Shown in pieces: positions 20,816-30,288 of a stretch of 64,000 nt of DNA. This stretch comes from an uncultured Alphaproteobacteria bacterium (GTDB lineage: Bacteria; Pseudomonadota; Alphaproteobacteria; Rhizobiales; Rhizobiaceae): positions 52,172 through 116,171 of the forward strand of contig CAWEYO010000017.1 in the NCBI GenBank assembly GCA_963813315.1, given 5' to 3'. The stretch's first letter is position 1, and the number at the start of each line of letters is the position of its first letter. The notes under the pieces were generated by a model. That model did not search any database. It worked only from the letters and a program-made list of their open reading frames with translations, and was not told the DNA's origin. Made by a program: the position numbers and the translations under genes.

Positions 20816-21484
20816 ATGAAATCCGCTGTCGTACTCCTGCCCGGCCTTAACCGCGACCGCGACATGATCGCGGCGCTAAGCAGCATTTCCGGCACCCCGC
20901 CGATAACGGTCTGGCAAACCGATACCGAGATACCGGACGTGGACCTGATCGTCATTCCGGGCGGCTTTTCCTATGGCGACTACCTGCGTTGCGGCGCCAT
21001 TGCTGCACGCATGCCGGTGATGCGGGCGATCGCCGAAAAGGCGAGAAGTGGCGTCCTGGTGATGGGTGTTTGCAACGGCTTCCAGATTCTGGTCGAGGCG
21101 GGGCTTCTGCCCGGAGTACTGATGCGCAACGACCATCTGAAGTTCGTCTGCCGCGAGGTAAAGCTGCGGGTGGAGAATGCCGGCACCTCCTTTACCCGGA
21201 ACTACGCGCCGGGTCAGGTCATTCGTTGCCCGGTCGCGCATCATGACGGCAACTATTTCGCGGACGCCGAAACGCTCGCGCGGCTCGAAGGCAATGGCCA
21301 AGTCGTCTTCCGCTATGCTGAAGGCACCAACCCGAACGGCGCGATTCACGACATTGCCGGCATCATCAACGAATCCGGCAACGTGCTCGGCCTGATGCCT
21401 CATCCGGAAAACCTGATCGAACCCGCGCATGGCGGAACGGACGGCCGTGCGCTTTTCAAAGGCGCGCTCGGTATCGCAGCTTGA
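20816..21484 (+). CDS. purQ: phosphoribosylformylglycinamidine synthase subunit PurQ (glutaminase)
   Basis: [17 protein letters not shown]..., GVCNGFQ catalytic Cys motif and MPHPE. Confidence 0.9.
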   Translation: MKSAVVLLPGLNRDRDMIAALSSISGTPPITVWQTDTEIPDVDLIVIPGGFSYGDYLRCGAIAARMPVMRAIAEKARSGVLVMGVCNGFQILVEAGLLPGVLMRNDHLKFVCREVKLRVENAGTSFTRNYAPGQVIRCPVAHHDGNYFADAETLARLEGNGQVVFRYAEGTNPNGAIHDIAGIINESGNVLGLMPHPENLIEPAHGGTDGRALFKGALGIAA

Positions 21485-21554
21485 CCTGCGCTTCGCCATC
21501 CGGTTGATCCATCCAGATAGCCCTCATGAAAAATCAGAACGGATCACTGCCACG

Positions 21555-21989
21555 ATGATCACGCATCGCGCCCTTGCGGCCCCTCGCAATATCCAGCGGA
21601 CCGCCATCCTTGTCTTGATTGCCGGGGCCATCACGGCATGTCAGTCCCGCCCCGGACAGGACGCCGGCAGTTCCGGCAAGAGTGCATCCCTTCTGGCGAT
21701 GGAGCAGGTTGCAATCGCCGCCCATAAGTGCTGGTTCGCCAGCAAGGACCCGGAGTTCCGGCCATACCGCATGGCAAACGAGCTGAATTCCTTCAGCGGG
21801 CGACCGCGCTTCCTTCTCGTTCCCGCCGGGAACTTCGAGGCGAAACCGCTCCTCGTCGTGCAGGCAGAGGGTTCGTCACGGAAGGTCGAGACCTTCGGTC
21901 CGCTGTTGGCAGAGCCGCTCGGAACGCGCATTTCCGCCGATATCACACGATGGTCCTCCGGCGACAGCGCTTGCGGCAGGTCAACTTGA
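21555..21989 (+). CDS. hypothetical lipoprotein
   Basis: N-terminus MITHRALAAPRNIQRTAILVLIAGAITAC has a lipobox-like ITAC. I recognise no family. Confidence 0.5.
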   Translation: MITHRALAAPRNIQRTAILVLIAGAITACQSRPGQDAGSSGKSASLLAMEQVAIAAHKCWFASKDPEFRPYRMANELNSFSGRPRFLLVPAGNFEAKPLLVVQAEGSSRKVETFGPLLAEPLGTRISADITRWSSGDSACGRST

Positions 21990-22075
21990 CGCGCGGCTCA
22001 GAGCGGCGTTTGCCGGCAATTTCGCTGGTGTTGCGGCCCTCGATATGCAATTCGGCATTTGCGGGCAAACCGCCA

Positions 22076-22152
22076 GAACATCGGACCCGAAGGTGGTAAC
22101 CGGCTTCGGGGAAAATCCGATGTTCAAACAAAGAGATAGAGCGGCAGCATCG
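22076..22152 (-). repeat. family C hairpin repeat (copy 3, inverted, slightly diverged)
   Basis: GAACATCGGACCCGAAG-GTGGTAACCGG-CTTCGGGGAAAATCCGATGTTC, then AAACAAAGAGATAGAGCGGCAGC. Confidence 0.8.
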
Positions 22153-22193
22153 ATTCCATCGTGTTCTAGAAGCCAAGGCACGGAAGCTGGACG

Positions 22194-24419
22194 ATGGCCA
22201 TCCCCGACGACTTGAAGATCACCGCCGAGCTTGTCGCCGCCCATGGGCTGAAGCCGGACGAATATCAGCGAATTCTCGATTTGATCGGCCGCGAGCCCAC
22301 GTTTACCGAACTCGGCATCTTCTCAGCGATGTGGAACGAGCATTGTTCATACAAATCCTCAAAGAAGTGGCTGCGTACACTGCCGACCAGTGGCCCGCGA
22401 GTGATCCAGGGACCAGGGGAAAACGCCGGTGTGGTCGATATCGGCGACGGCGAATGTGTGGTCTTCAAGATGGAAAGCCACAACCACCCGTCTTACATCG
22501 AGCCCTATCAGGGCGCGGCGACCGGCGTCGGGGGCATCCTGCGCGATGTTTTCACAATGGGCGCGCGGCCGATTGCGGCGATGAACGCGCTGCGCTTCGG
22601 CGCGCCGGATCATCCCAAGACCCGTCATCTGGTGGCGGGCGTTGTCGCCGGCGTCGGCGGCTACGGCAACGCGTTTGGCGTGCCAACGGTCGGCGGCGAG
22701 GTCAATTTCGATCGCTCCTACAACGGCAACTGCCTGGTCAATGCATTCGCGGCCGGCCTCGCAAGGACCGACGCGATTTTCTATTCCAGGGCCGAAGGCG
22801 TCGGCTTGCCTGTTGTCTATCTGGGCGCGAAAACCGGCCGCGACGGGGTGGGCGGCGCAACCATGGCGTCGGCGGAGTTCGACGACAGAATAGAGGAAAA
22901 GCGGCCAACTGTGCAGGTCGGCGACCCGTTCACGGAGAAATGCCTGCTGGAAGCCTGCCTCGAACTGATGGCGTCCGGCGCGGTCATCGCCATTCAGGAC
23001 ATGGGTGCGGCCGGCCTCACCTGCTCGGCCGTCGAGATGGGCGCCAAGGGCGATCTCGGCATCGAACTCGATCTCGACAAGGTGCCGGTCCGCGAGGAGC
23101 ACATGTCGGCGTACGAGATGATGCTTTCCGAGAGCCAGGAGCGCATGCTGATGGTGCTTCGGCCGGAGAAGGAAGAGCGGGCCGAGGCAATCTTCCGCAA
23201 ATGGGGGCTCGATTTCGCCATTGTCGGGCGCACGACCGACGACATGCGCTTCCGGATCATTCACAATGGCAGGGAAGTCGCCAATCTGCCGATCAAGGAT
23301 CTGGGCGACCAGGCCCCCGAATATGACAGGCCCTGGATCGAACCAGCAAAGGCGGCACCGCTTGCCGATGATGACATTCCGCAGGCCGGCATCGCTGAAT
23401 CCCTTTTGCAACTGCTTGGCGGCCCCGATCTCTCCAGCCGGCGCTGGGTTTGGGAGCAATACGACACGCTCATCCAGGGCAATTCGCTGCAGATCCCCGG
23501 CGGCGATGCCGGCGTCGTGCGGGTTGACGGCCACCCCGCCAAGGCCCTCGCCTTCTCGTCCGACGTGACGCCGCGCTATTGCCAGGCCGACCCTTACGAA
23601 GGCGGCAAACAGGCCGTTGCCGAGTGCTGGCGAAATTTGACCGCGACCGGAGCGGAGCCACTTGCCGCCACCGATAATCTCAACTTCGGCAACCCGGAGC
23701 GGCCGGAGATCATGGGCCAGTTCGCGCGGGCAGTGACCGGTATCGGCGACGCTTGCAGGGCGCTCGCCTTCCCGATCGTTTCCGGCAATGTCTCGCTATA
23801 CAATGAGACCAACGGCCAGGGCATATTGCCGACGCCGACAATCGGCGGTGTAGGACTGATCAGCGACTGGTCGAAAATGGCGCGCATCGGCTTTGCCGGC
23901 GAAAACGACCTTATCCTTTTGTTCGGTGCGCCGGACTGGTGGGGCACGCATCTGGGTCAATCGATCTACATGCGCGACATTCACGGCCGCACGGATGGTC
24001 CGCCGCCGCCAGTCGATCTGGCGCACGAGAGAAAGGTCGGCGATTTCGTGCGCGCCCTGATCGTCGATGGCGTGGCGACCGCGGTGCATGATGTGTCGGA
24101 TGGCGGCCTTGCGGTCGCGCTTGCCGAAATGGCTATGGCGTCCGGGATCGGCGCCACGGTCAATCAATTGGAAGGCGGCGACCCGCTCCCGCAGTTCTTC
24201 GGCGAGGATCAGGGCCGCTATGTCGTGACGGTCAAGGAATTTCCAGATCTCGAGGACTTCGCCAGCTTCATGGCGCGCATCAGCGATGCCGGCATTTTCG
24301 CGCCGTGGATCGGCACGACCGGCGGCAGCGAATTGAAACTGGGCAGTGCGCGTGCGATACCTGTTTCGGAATTGAGGGCCGCTCACGAATCCTGGTTCCC
24401 TCGTTTCATGGGGAACTGA
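22194..24419 (+). CDS. purL: phosphoribosylformylglycinamidine synthase subunit PurL
   Basis: 741 aa, intact. [17 protein letters not shown] and ESHNHPS motifs. Confidence 0.95.
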   Translation: MAIPDDLKITAELVAAHGLKPDEYQRILDLIGREPTFTELGIFSAMWNEHCSYKSSKKWLRTLPTSGPRVIQGPGENAGVVDIGDGECVVFKMESHNHPSYIEPYQGAATGVGGILRDVFTMGARPIAAMNALRFGAPDHPKTRHLVAGVVAGVGGYGNAFGVPTVGGEVNFDRSYNGNCLVNAFAAGLARTDAIFYSRAEGVGLPVVYLGAKTGRDGVGGATMASAEFDDRIEEKRPTVQVGDPFTEKCLLEACLELMASGAVIAIQDMGAAGLTCSAVEMGAKGDLGIELDLDKVPVREEHMSAYEMMLSESQERMLMVLRPEKEERAEAIFRKWGLDFAIVGRTTDDMRFRIIHNGREVANLPIKDLGDQAPEYDRPWIEPAKAAPLADDDIPQAGIAESLLQLLGGPDLSSRRWVWEQYDTLIQGNSLQIPGGDAGVVRVDGHPAKALAFSSDVTPRYCQADPYEGGKQAVAECWRNLTATGAEPLAATDNLNFGNPERPEIMGQFARAVTGIGDACRALAFPIVSGNVSLYNETNGQGILPTPTIGGVGLISDWSKMARIGFAGENDLILLFGAPDWWGTHLGQSIYMRDIHGRTDGPPPPVDLAHERKVGDFVRALIVDGVATAVHDVSDGGLAVALAEMAMASGIGATVNQLEGGDPLPQFFGEDQGRYVVTVKEFPDLEDFASFMARISDAGIFAPWIGTTGGSELKLGSARAIPVSELRAAHESWFPRFMGN

Positions 24420-24433
24420 CGGAGGATTGCCGA

Positions 24434-24667
24434 ATGGCCATGGATGCGGGCGAAATCGAAAAGTTGATCAAGGATGGCATACCGGACGCGAAGGTTACGA
24501 TTCGCGACCTTGCCGGTGACGGCGATCACTATGCGGCAGAGGTCGTCGCGGAAAGCTTCCGCGGCAAGACCCGCGTCCAGCAGCACCAAATGGTCTACAA
24601 TGCCCTGAAGGGAAGCATGGGCGGCGCGCTGCACGCCCTGGCGCTGCAAACCAGCGCACCCGACTGA
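24434..24667 (+). CDS. BolA family protein
   Basis: 77 aa with GGAGGA RBS 8 nt upstream. ..DGDHYAAEVVAESF.GK.RV.QHQMVY and the usual pairing with a monothiol glutaredoxin. Confidence 0.85.
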   Translation: MAMDAGEIEKLIKDGIPDAKVTIRDLAGDGDHYAAEVVAESFRGKTRVQQHQMVYNALKGSMGGALHALALQTSAPD

Positions 24668-24676
24668 CGGGCACAC

Positions 24677-24818
24677 GGGGTGTGTTGAGATTCAGGTCAG
24701 GCCGTGCCGAAAATGGCGGTTTTCGAGAACCGGCACGCAGCGTACGTTTGGGTACGTGAGTACCGGAAGCGCAGAAGACCGCCATTTGCAGGCCGGCATC
24801 ACCTGAATTCCAACACGC
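24677..24818 (+). repeat. family A long palindrome (copy 6)
   Basis: GGGGTGTGTTGAGATTCAGGTCAGGCCGTGCCGAAAATGGCGG...CATCACCTGAATTCCAACACGC. Confidence 0.9.
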
Positions 24819-24918
24819 ACTTGGCGACAGCGCCTGTTGCCACAATATGGGATCGAGTGTTAGCACTAACTCAAGTGATTGCCGGGCCGTGGACCGGCTA
24901 AGACGAGGTATGGAATCC

Positions 24919-25254
24919 ATGAGCGGTATTAACGACTACATCGACAGCGAAGTGAAGGGCAACGACGTCGTGCTCTTCATGAAGGGCACCCCCGGTTTTC
25001 CGCAATGTGGGTTCTCCGGCCAGGTCGTCCAGATACTGGATTACATCGGCGTCGACTACAAAGGCGTCGACGTGCTCACATCGACCGAGCTGCGCCAAGG
25101 GATCAAGGAATATTCGAACTGGCCGACCATCCCGCAGCTTTATGTGAAGGGTGAGTTCGTTGGCGGGTGCGACATCGTGCGAGAGATGTTCCAGGCGGGC
25201 GAACTCCAATCCTTCTTTAGCGAGAAGGGTATCGCCGCCAGAGGCGCTGCCTGA
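24919..25254 (+). CDS. grxD: Grx4-family monothiol glutaredoxin
   Basis: [19 protein letters not shown] (CGFS active site) and [19 protein letters not shown]. An alternative ATG lies at 24910. Confidence 0.9.
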   Translation: MSGINDYIDSEVKGNDVVLFMKGTPGFPQCGFSGQVVQILDYIGVDYKGVDVLTSTELRQGIKEYSNWPTIPQLYVKGEFVGGCDIVREMFQAGELQSFFSEKGIAARGAA

Positions 25255-25309
25255 TCGACAAGTAAAATCAATAGATTCCGGAGATTTCCGGAGTTGCTTG
25301 AGGAACGAT

Positions 25310-25338
25310 GCGCCGGCCTGCCGGCGCGTTTCCTTTTT
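25310..25338 (+). terminator. intrinsic terminator after grxD
   Basis: GCGCCGG-CCTG-CCGGCGC followed by GTTTCCTTTTT. Confidence 0.6.
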
Positions 25339-25339
25339 A

Positions 25340-26608
25340 ATGTCCTTCGCGAGCAAGAGCATGGACCAGACAATCTCTCCGAAAGCGCTGCGGCCTTCCC
25401 TACAGCTCCCGCGCTGGGAGTTCATCGCGCTCGCGGCGGCGCTGATGGCCCTCAACGCGCTGGCGATCGACATCATGCTGCCCGGCCTCCAGCAGATCGG
25501 GGCGAGCCTTGGCGTCGAAAACGAGAACCACAGGCAGTATGTGATCTCCGCTTACATTGCCGGCTTCGGTCTAGCCCAGCTTGGTTATGGGCCGGTGTCC
25601 GACCGCTTCGGCCGCCGTGCGCCGCTTCTGTCCGGCCTCGCGATCTATGTCCTTGCCGCGCTGGCAGCTTCCTTTTCTCCCAGCTTCACGGCCCTTCTGG
25701 CGCTACGCTTCGTGCAGGGCATTGGCGCGGCGGCGACGCGCGTCATCGCCGTGTCTGTCATTCGCGACACTTTCGGCGGCCGCGCGATGGCTGAAATCAT
25801 GTCGCTCGTCTTCATGGTCTTCATGATCATCCCTGTGATCGCGCCAAATATCGGACAGCTCGTGATGTTGTTCTCCGAGTGGCACATGATCTTCGTCGTC
25901 ATGGCCGCAATGGCGCTGGCCATCACTGTCTGGACCGCATTGCGACTGCCCGAGACGCTCCATCCGGAATACCGGCGGCCCCTCACCATCAGCTCGGTAG
26001 TCGGCGGGTTCGGCATCGTGCTGTCCAACCGGACGGCGATTTGCTACACGCTGGCAACGACAACAGTGTTCGGCGCCCTGTTCGGATTTATCAATTCGGC
26101 CCAGCAGATTTATGTGGGGATCTATGGGCTCGGCGTTTTGTTTCCCGTCCTGTTCGCCGCCGTTGCAGGCATGATGGCGGTGTCGTCGTTCGCCAATTCG
26201 CAGCTGGTGGGACGCTTCGGCATGCGGCGGCTCTCGCATGGCGCTCTCGTCGGGTTCTTCCTGGTCAACAGCACCATGTTCGGCCTGTCGCTGCTTGGCC
26301 CGGTGCCGTTGCCGATTTTCGTTGCGCTTTTCACAGCCGCGATGCTCCAATTCGGCTGGATAGGGTCCAACTTCAATTCAATCGCGATGGAGCCGCTCGG
26401 GCATGTCGCGGGCACAGCCTCGTCCGTCACGGGCTTCATCCAGACTGTTGGCGGCGGGCTCATCGGGGCGGCCATAGGCCAGGCTTTCGACGGCACCGTC
26501 ATGCCGCTGTCCGCAGGCTTCTGCCTGGTCTCCGCGATCGCCCTTGCGATGGTGCTTGTTGCCGAACGTGGAAAACTCTTCCAGGCGCATGAAAAGCCGC
26601 ACGTCTAA
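25340..26608 (+). CDS. MFS transporter, Bcr/CflA drug-efflux family
   Basis: 12-TM pattern, GPVSDRFGRR motif. The start is uncertain (25340 or 25361), because the terminator ends 2 nt upstream. Confidence 0.8.
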   Translation: MSFASKSMDQTISPKALRPSLQLPRWEFIALAAALMALNALAIDIMLPGLQQIGASLGVENENHRQYVISAYIAGFGLAQLGYGPVSDRFGRRAPLLSGLAIYVLAALAASFSPSFTALLALRFVQGIGAAATRVIAVSVIRDTFGGRAMAEIMSLVFMVFMIIPVIAPNIGQLVMLFSEWHMIFVVMAAMALAITVWTALRLPETLHPEYRRPLTISSVVGGFGIVLSNRTAICYTLATTTVFGALFGFINSAQQIYVGIYGLGVLFPVLFAAVAGMMAVSSFANSQLVGRFGMRRLSHGALVGFFLVNSTMFGLSLLGPVPLPIFVALFTAAMLQFGWIGSNFNSIAMEPLGHVAGTASSVTGFIQTVGGGLIGAAIGQAFDGTVMPLSAGFCLVSAIALAMVLVAERGKLFQAHEKPHV

Positions 26609-26668
26609 AGCATCGGACCCGAAAGTGGGACCGGTTTCGGGAAAAATCCGATGCTCAAACAAAGAGGT
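26608..26668 (-). repeat. family C hairpin repeat (copy 4, inverted)
   Basis: AGCATCGGACCCGAAA-GTGGGACCGG-TTTCGGGAAAAATCCGATGCTC plus AAACAAAGAGG. Starts on the MFS stop codon. Confidence 0.85.
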
Positions 26669-26745
26669 TCGGCCAGGAAATAGCACTCGCCTTTCTGGTC
26701 CACGCAAAGATGGTCCAGCCGGGCGTGCTGTCAAGACGCCTGGGC

Positions 26746-27618
26746 TCAGTCCACTGGCGCGGGGATGGCGTCATTCAACGCTGCAAAGTCGAACAGGCCC
26801 CGGTCGAGGAGATGCGAGGCCCGTACATTGGTCAGCGCGCGGATCATTGTGTCCTTGCGCCCGGGCATGCGCCGTTCGATGTCTTCCAGCATCGCCTTCA
26901 TTGCATTGCGCTGCAGCCCTTCCTGACTGCCGCAGAGATCGCAGGGTATGATCGGAAAACGCATCAGGCCGGCGAATTTCTCCAGATCGGCTTCGGCGCA
27001 ATAGCTCAGCGGCCTCAGCACCATGACGTCGCCTTCGTCGTTGAGGAGCTTGGGCGGCATCGCTGCCAGCCGTCCACCATGAAAGAGATTCATGAAAAAG
27101 GTCTCCAGAACATCCTCGCGATGGTGACCGAGCACCAGCGAGGAACAACCCTCCTCCCGCGCGATTCGATAGAGATGACCGCGACGCAGCCGCGAGCATA
27201 GCGAGCAATAGGTGTTGCCCTGGGCTATCTTGTCGGTGACGATGGAATAGGTATCCCGATACTCTATGCGATGGGCGATACCGTGCCGTTCGAGAAAATC
27301 CGGCAGTACATGTTTCGGGAAGTTCGGCTGGCCCTGATCGAGGTTGCAAGCCAGCAGGTCGACCGGCAGAAGGCCGCGCCATTTCAGATCGAGCAGAACC
27401 GCCAGCAATCCATAGGAATCCTTGCCTCCGGATAGTGCGACCAGCCACCGGTCGCCGGCCCTCACCATGGCAAAGTCGTCCATCGCCTGCCGCGCCAACC
27501 GAAGAAGTCGCTTGCGCAGCTTGTTGAATTCAACGGACGCAGGCGCTTCCTGAAAAAGCGAGAAATCGTCCTTCACCAGTTCAAGGGCCGTCTCATCCGC
27601 CCGAGCGTGCGCGTTCAT
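26746..27618 (-). CDS. ttcA: tRNA 2-thiocytidine(32) synthetase
   Basis: PP-loop [16 protein letters not shown] and CDLCGSQ cysteine motifs. Start chosen at MNAHARAD. Confidence 0.9.
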   Translation of the reverse strand: MNAHARADETALELVKDDFSLFQEAPASVEFNKLRKRLLRLARQAMDDFAMVRAGDRWLVALSGGKDSYGLLAVLLDLKWRGLLPVDLLACNLDQGQPNFPKHVLPDFLERHGIAHRIEYRDTYSIVTDKIAQGNTYCSLCSRLRRGHLYRIAREEGCSSLVLGHHREDVLETFFMNLFHGGRLAAMPPKLLNDEGDVMVLRPLSYCAEADLEKFAGLMRFPIIPCDLCGSQEGLQRNAMKAMLEDIERRMPGRKDTMIRALTNVRASHLLDRGLFDFAALNDAIPAPVD

Positions 27619-27635
27619 GCTTGTCCCCTTTGGAC

Positions 27636-27965
27636 CTAGTGTGGTGGATTTGAAGTTCCTGTCATTTCCATGGCATCCGCGTTCAGGAACTTCAAATCCG
27701 TAAACCACACTAGATTCAATAAGTTGCTAGTGTGGCTTTGAATCCGAAATTCGATCCGAGCCTCGCTCCAAAGCGATACGAATTTCGGATTCGCCACACT
27801 AGTGGTCCGATTCTAACATTCGCATCCCGCGCGGCATAAACCCGTTTCGAATGTTAGAATCGAAAGACCACTAGCAATTTCAAAGTCCTAGTGGAGCTTT
27901 GGATTTGACATTCGCTGCCTGCACTGCACCCAAGCGGGATGCGAATGTCAAATCCGCTCCACTAG
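27636..27965. repeat. cluster of four ~77-bp CTAG-bounded hairpin elements
   Basis: Elements at 27636-27713, 27727-27802, 27799-27874 and 27888-27965. Each has CTAGTG(G/T)G.. / ..C(C/A)CACTAG outer stems of 9-10 bp, a 3-4-nt bulge, a perfect inner stem of 14-16 bp and a loop of 22-25 nt. Elements 2 and 3 share one CTAG. Confidence 0.85.
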
Positions 27966-28188
27966 CAAGCGGTCGTCCGGGCCGCTTTGCGAATGATGTT
28001 CTGGCACCACGACTCCTGACATGGCAAGCGACATATCGCTCACAGCCTTTGTGGTTGCGGGCGTGGCGACTGCATCACCTTTCATTCCCTCTCTCGAAGT
28101 GGGATGATGCGAAGAAGGGGGTACCATACGCCGAAGGACTTGGAATGCCTTGTTTTCCGGGCTTTCGTGACAAGGAGGAGGTAAGGAC

Positions 28189-29595
28189 ATGCCGTTAGAA
28201 GGGACAACCTGGCAGCCCGATCCCAGTTTCTACCCGTCGCCACGAATGGCGATGAAAGCAGCGCCGGAAACGGTCGCCTACGTCGCTGCGTTCGACCCCG
28301 ACAGAAAAGTTCCGGACGCCATAGCTGTGGTGGATGTCGATCCCGGTTCGCAAACCTATTCGAGGATCATCGGGCAGGTGGAAATGCCCAACACCGGCGA
28401 CGAGCTTCACCATTTCGGATGGAATGCGTGCTCGTCCTGTCTTTGCCCCAACGCGCCGCATCCGCACATGGAACGCCGCTATCTGGTCGTTCCGGGGCTC
28501 CGATCTTCGCGCATCCACATCATCGACACCAAGCCGGATCCGAGGAGCCCGAGGATCGTGAAGGTGGTAGAGCCGGACGAAGTGGCCGAGCGCGCGGGCT
28601 ACACCCGGCCGCATACGGTCCATTGCGGGCCGGAGGGAATTTATGTGGCAGCACTCGGAAACGCGGAAGGCAAGGCGCCGGGCGGCATCTTTCTCATGGA
28701 TGCCGAAAGCTTCGACGTGCGCGGCCGCTGGGAGATGGACCGCGGCCCCCAGCAGCTTGCCTACGATGCGTGGTGGCATCTCGGCCACGATACGCTTGTC
28801 ACCAGCGAGTGGGGGACCCCCGACACCATCGAGAACGGCCTCGTGCCGGAAATTCTTCTTGGCGCCAAATATGGACGCCGCCTGCATTTCTGGGACCTGC
28901 ACAAACGCAAGCATCTGCAGACCATCGACTTCGGCGACAAGTATCAGCTCGTGTTCGAGCTGAGGCCGGCCCACGATCCGACAAAGGCCTACGGTTTCGT
29001 GAACTGTGTGCTCAGCCTGGAAGATTTGTCCTCTTCGATCTGGGTCTGGCACCGCGACGGAAACAAGTGGGCCGTTACAAAGGTGATCGACATTCCGGCT
29101 GAAGCCGCCGATCCCGATCAACTGCCTGATATGCTAAAGGGCTTCAAGGCCGTGCCGCCGCTCGTCACTGATATCGACCTGTCGATGGATGACCGGTACC
29201 TCTACGTGTCCTGCTGGGGCACCGGCGACATGCTCCAGTATGATGTCAGCGATCCGTTCAAGCCGAAAGAGACCGGCCGGCTCCGTATCGGCGGCATTGT
29301 TTCCCGCGCCACGCATCCGGGCGCGAAGAATGGAGCACTCAACGGCGGTCCGCAAATGGTCGAGATCAGCCGCGACGGCAGGCGCGTTTACTTCACAAAC
29401 TCGCTCTACGGCGTGATCGACGAGCAGTTCTATCCGGACGGCGTGAAGGGTTGGATGGCGAAAATGGACGCCGGCCCCGATGGCGGAATAAAATTCGATG
29501 AGAAGTTTTTCGTCGAATGGCCCAAGTCACACCGGCCACATCAGGTAAGACTTGAAGGCGGCGACTGTTCGTCGGACTCCTATTGCTATCCGTGA
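28189..29595 (+). CDS. selenium-binding protein family (SBP56/SELENBP1, methanethiol oxidase-like)
   Basis: 468 aa. Collinear with human SELENBP1 as I remember it (DELHHFGWNACSSC, SSRIHIIDTKPDP, LEGGDCSSDSYCYP C-terminus). Strong RBS AAGGAGGAGG. Confidence 0.9.
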   Translation: MPLEGTTWQPDPSFYPSPRMAMKAAPETVAYVAAFDPDRKVPDAIAVVDVDPGSQTYSRIIGQVEMPNTGDELHHFGWNACSSCLCPNAPHPHMERRYLVVPGLRSSRIHIIDTKPDPRSPRIVKVVEPDEVAERAGYTRPHTVHCGPEGIYVAALGNAEGKAPGGIFLMDAESFDVRGRWEMDRGPQQLAYDAWWHLGHDTLVTSEWGTPDTIENGLVPEILLGAKYGRRLHFWDLHKRKHLQTIDFGDKYQLVFELRPAHDPTKAYGFVNCVLSLEDLSSSIWVWHRDGNKWAVTKVIDIPAEAADPDQLPDMLKGFKAVPPLVTDIDLSMDDRYLYVSCWGTGDMLQYDVSDPFKPKETGRLRIGGIVSRATHPGAKNGALNGGPQMVEISRDGRRVYFTNSLYGVIDEQFYPDGVKGWMAKMDAGPDGGIKFDEKFFVEWPKSHRPHQVRLEGGDCSSDSYCYP

Positions 29596-29643
29596 CGTGG
29601 GCGGACTTGAACGGGAGTTTACGGTCCGGCCGGGTCGCTCAAG

Positions 29644-30273
29644 ATGAGCGATGAGGTTTGGCCTTGGGCGGTTCTGGCCGGGCTCGGCGCTTATCACGGG
29701 CTGAACCCTGCGATGGGCTGGCTGTTTGCGGTCGCGCTCGGACTTCATCGCCGAAGTACGGCGGCGGTGGCGCTAGCATTGCCGCCGATTGCGCTCGGCC
29801 ATCTGCTTTCTATCGCCATCATCGCAGCTGCGGTGGTGGCGACCGGCGCGATGACCGACGAGCGTCTCGTCAGATGGGTCGCGGGCCTACTGCTGGTCGG
29901 CTGGGCAATTTATCATCACCTTAACGGCCATCGCCACCGGGTGCGCGTCGGCATGACGGCGGGATGGGCCGGTCTCGTGCTCTGGTCCTTTCTGATGGCG
30001 ACCGGGCACGGCGCCGGCCTGATGCTTGTGCCTGCAATGATGCCGCTATGTCTCTCCGGTTCGCCTGCTCAGGATATTTCGATGGGGTCATTGCCCATGG
30101 CGCTTGCAGCTGTGGGAGTCCATTCCGGCGTCATGCTGGCCGTGACTGCTGCCATCGCATTCGCCGTCTATCGATGGATCGGCCTTTCGATATTGCGAAC
30201 GGCCTGGATCAACACCGATCTTCTTTGGACTGGCGCGCTCGCGATCACCGGACTTTTCCTGCTGCTGCGCTGA
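29644..30273 (+). CDS. integral membrane protein, unknown family
   Basis: 209 aa, about 6 hydrophobic spans, His-containing motifs (YHHLNGHRHR, ATGHGAG). Lies 48 nt downstream of the SBP56 gene. Confidence 0.6.
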   Translation: MSDEVWPWAVLAGLGAYHGLNPAMGWLFAVALGLHRRSTAAVALALPPIALGHLLSIAIIAAAVVATGAMTDERLVRWVAGLLLVGWAIYHHLNGHRHRVRVGMTAGWAGLVLWSFLMATGHGAGLMLVPAMMPLCLSGSPAQDISMGSLPMALAAVGVHSGVMLAVTAAIAFAVYRWIGLSILRTAWINTDLLWTGALAITGLFLLLR

Positions 30274-30288
30274 TCGCGCCAGCGTTCT

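Noticed and set aside
28002-28016. TGGCAC motif upstream of the SELENBP1-like gene as a sigma-54 promoter
   Set aside because: The -12 element five nucleotides downstream reads CTCC instead of TTGC, and no enhancer-binding protein gene is nearby.
27899-28198. ORFs of 99 aa (plus strand) and 80 aa (minus strand) in the ttcA / SBP56 spacer
   Set aside because: The plus-strand ORF starts inside hairpin element 4 and the minus-strand one overlaps it. Neither has an RBS or a recognisable family, and composition is lower-GC and non-coding-like.
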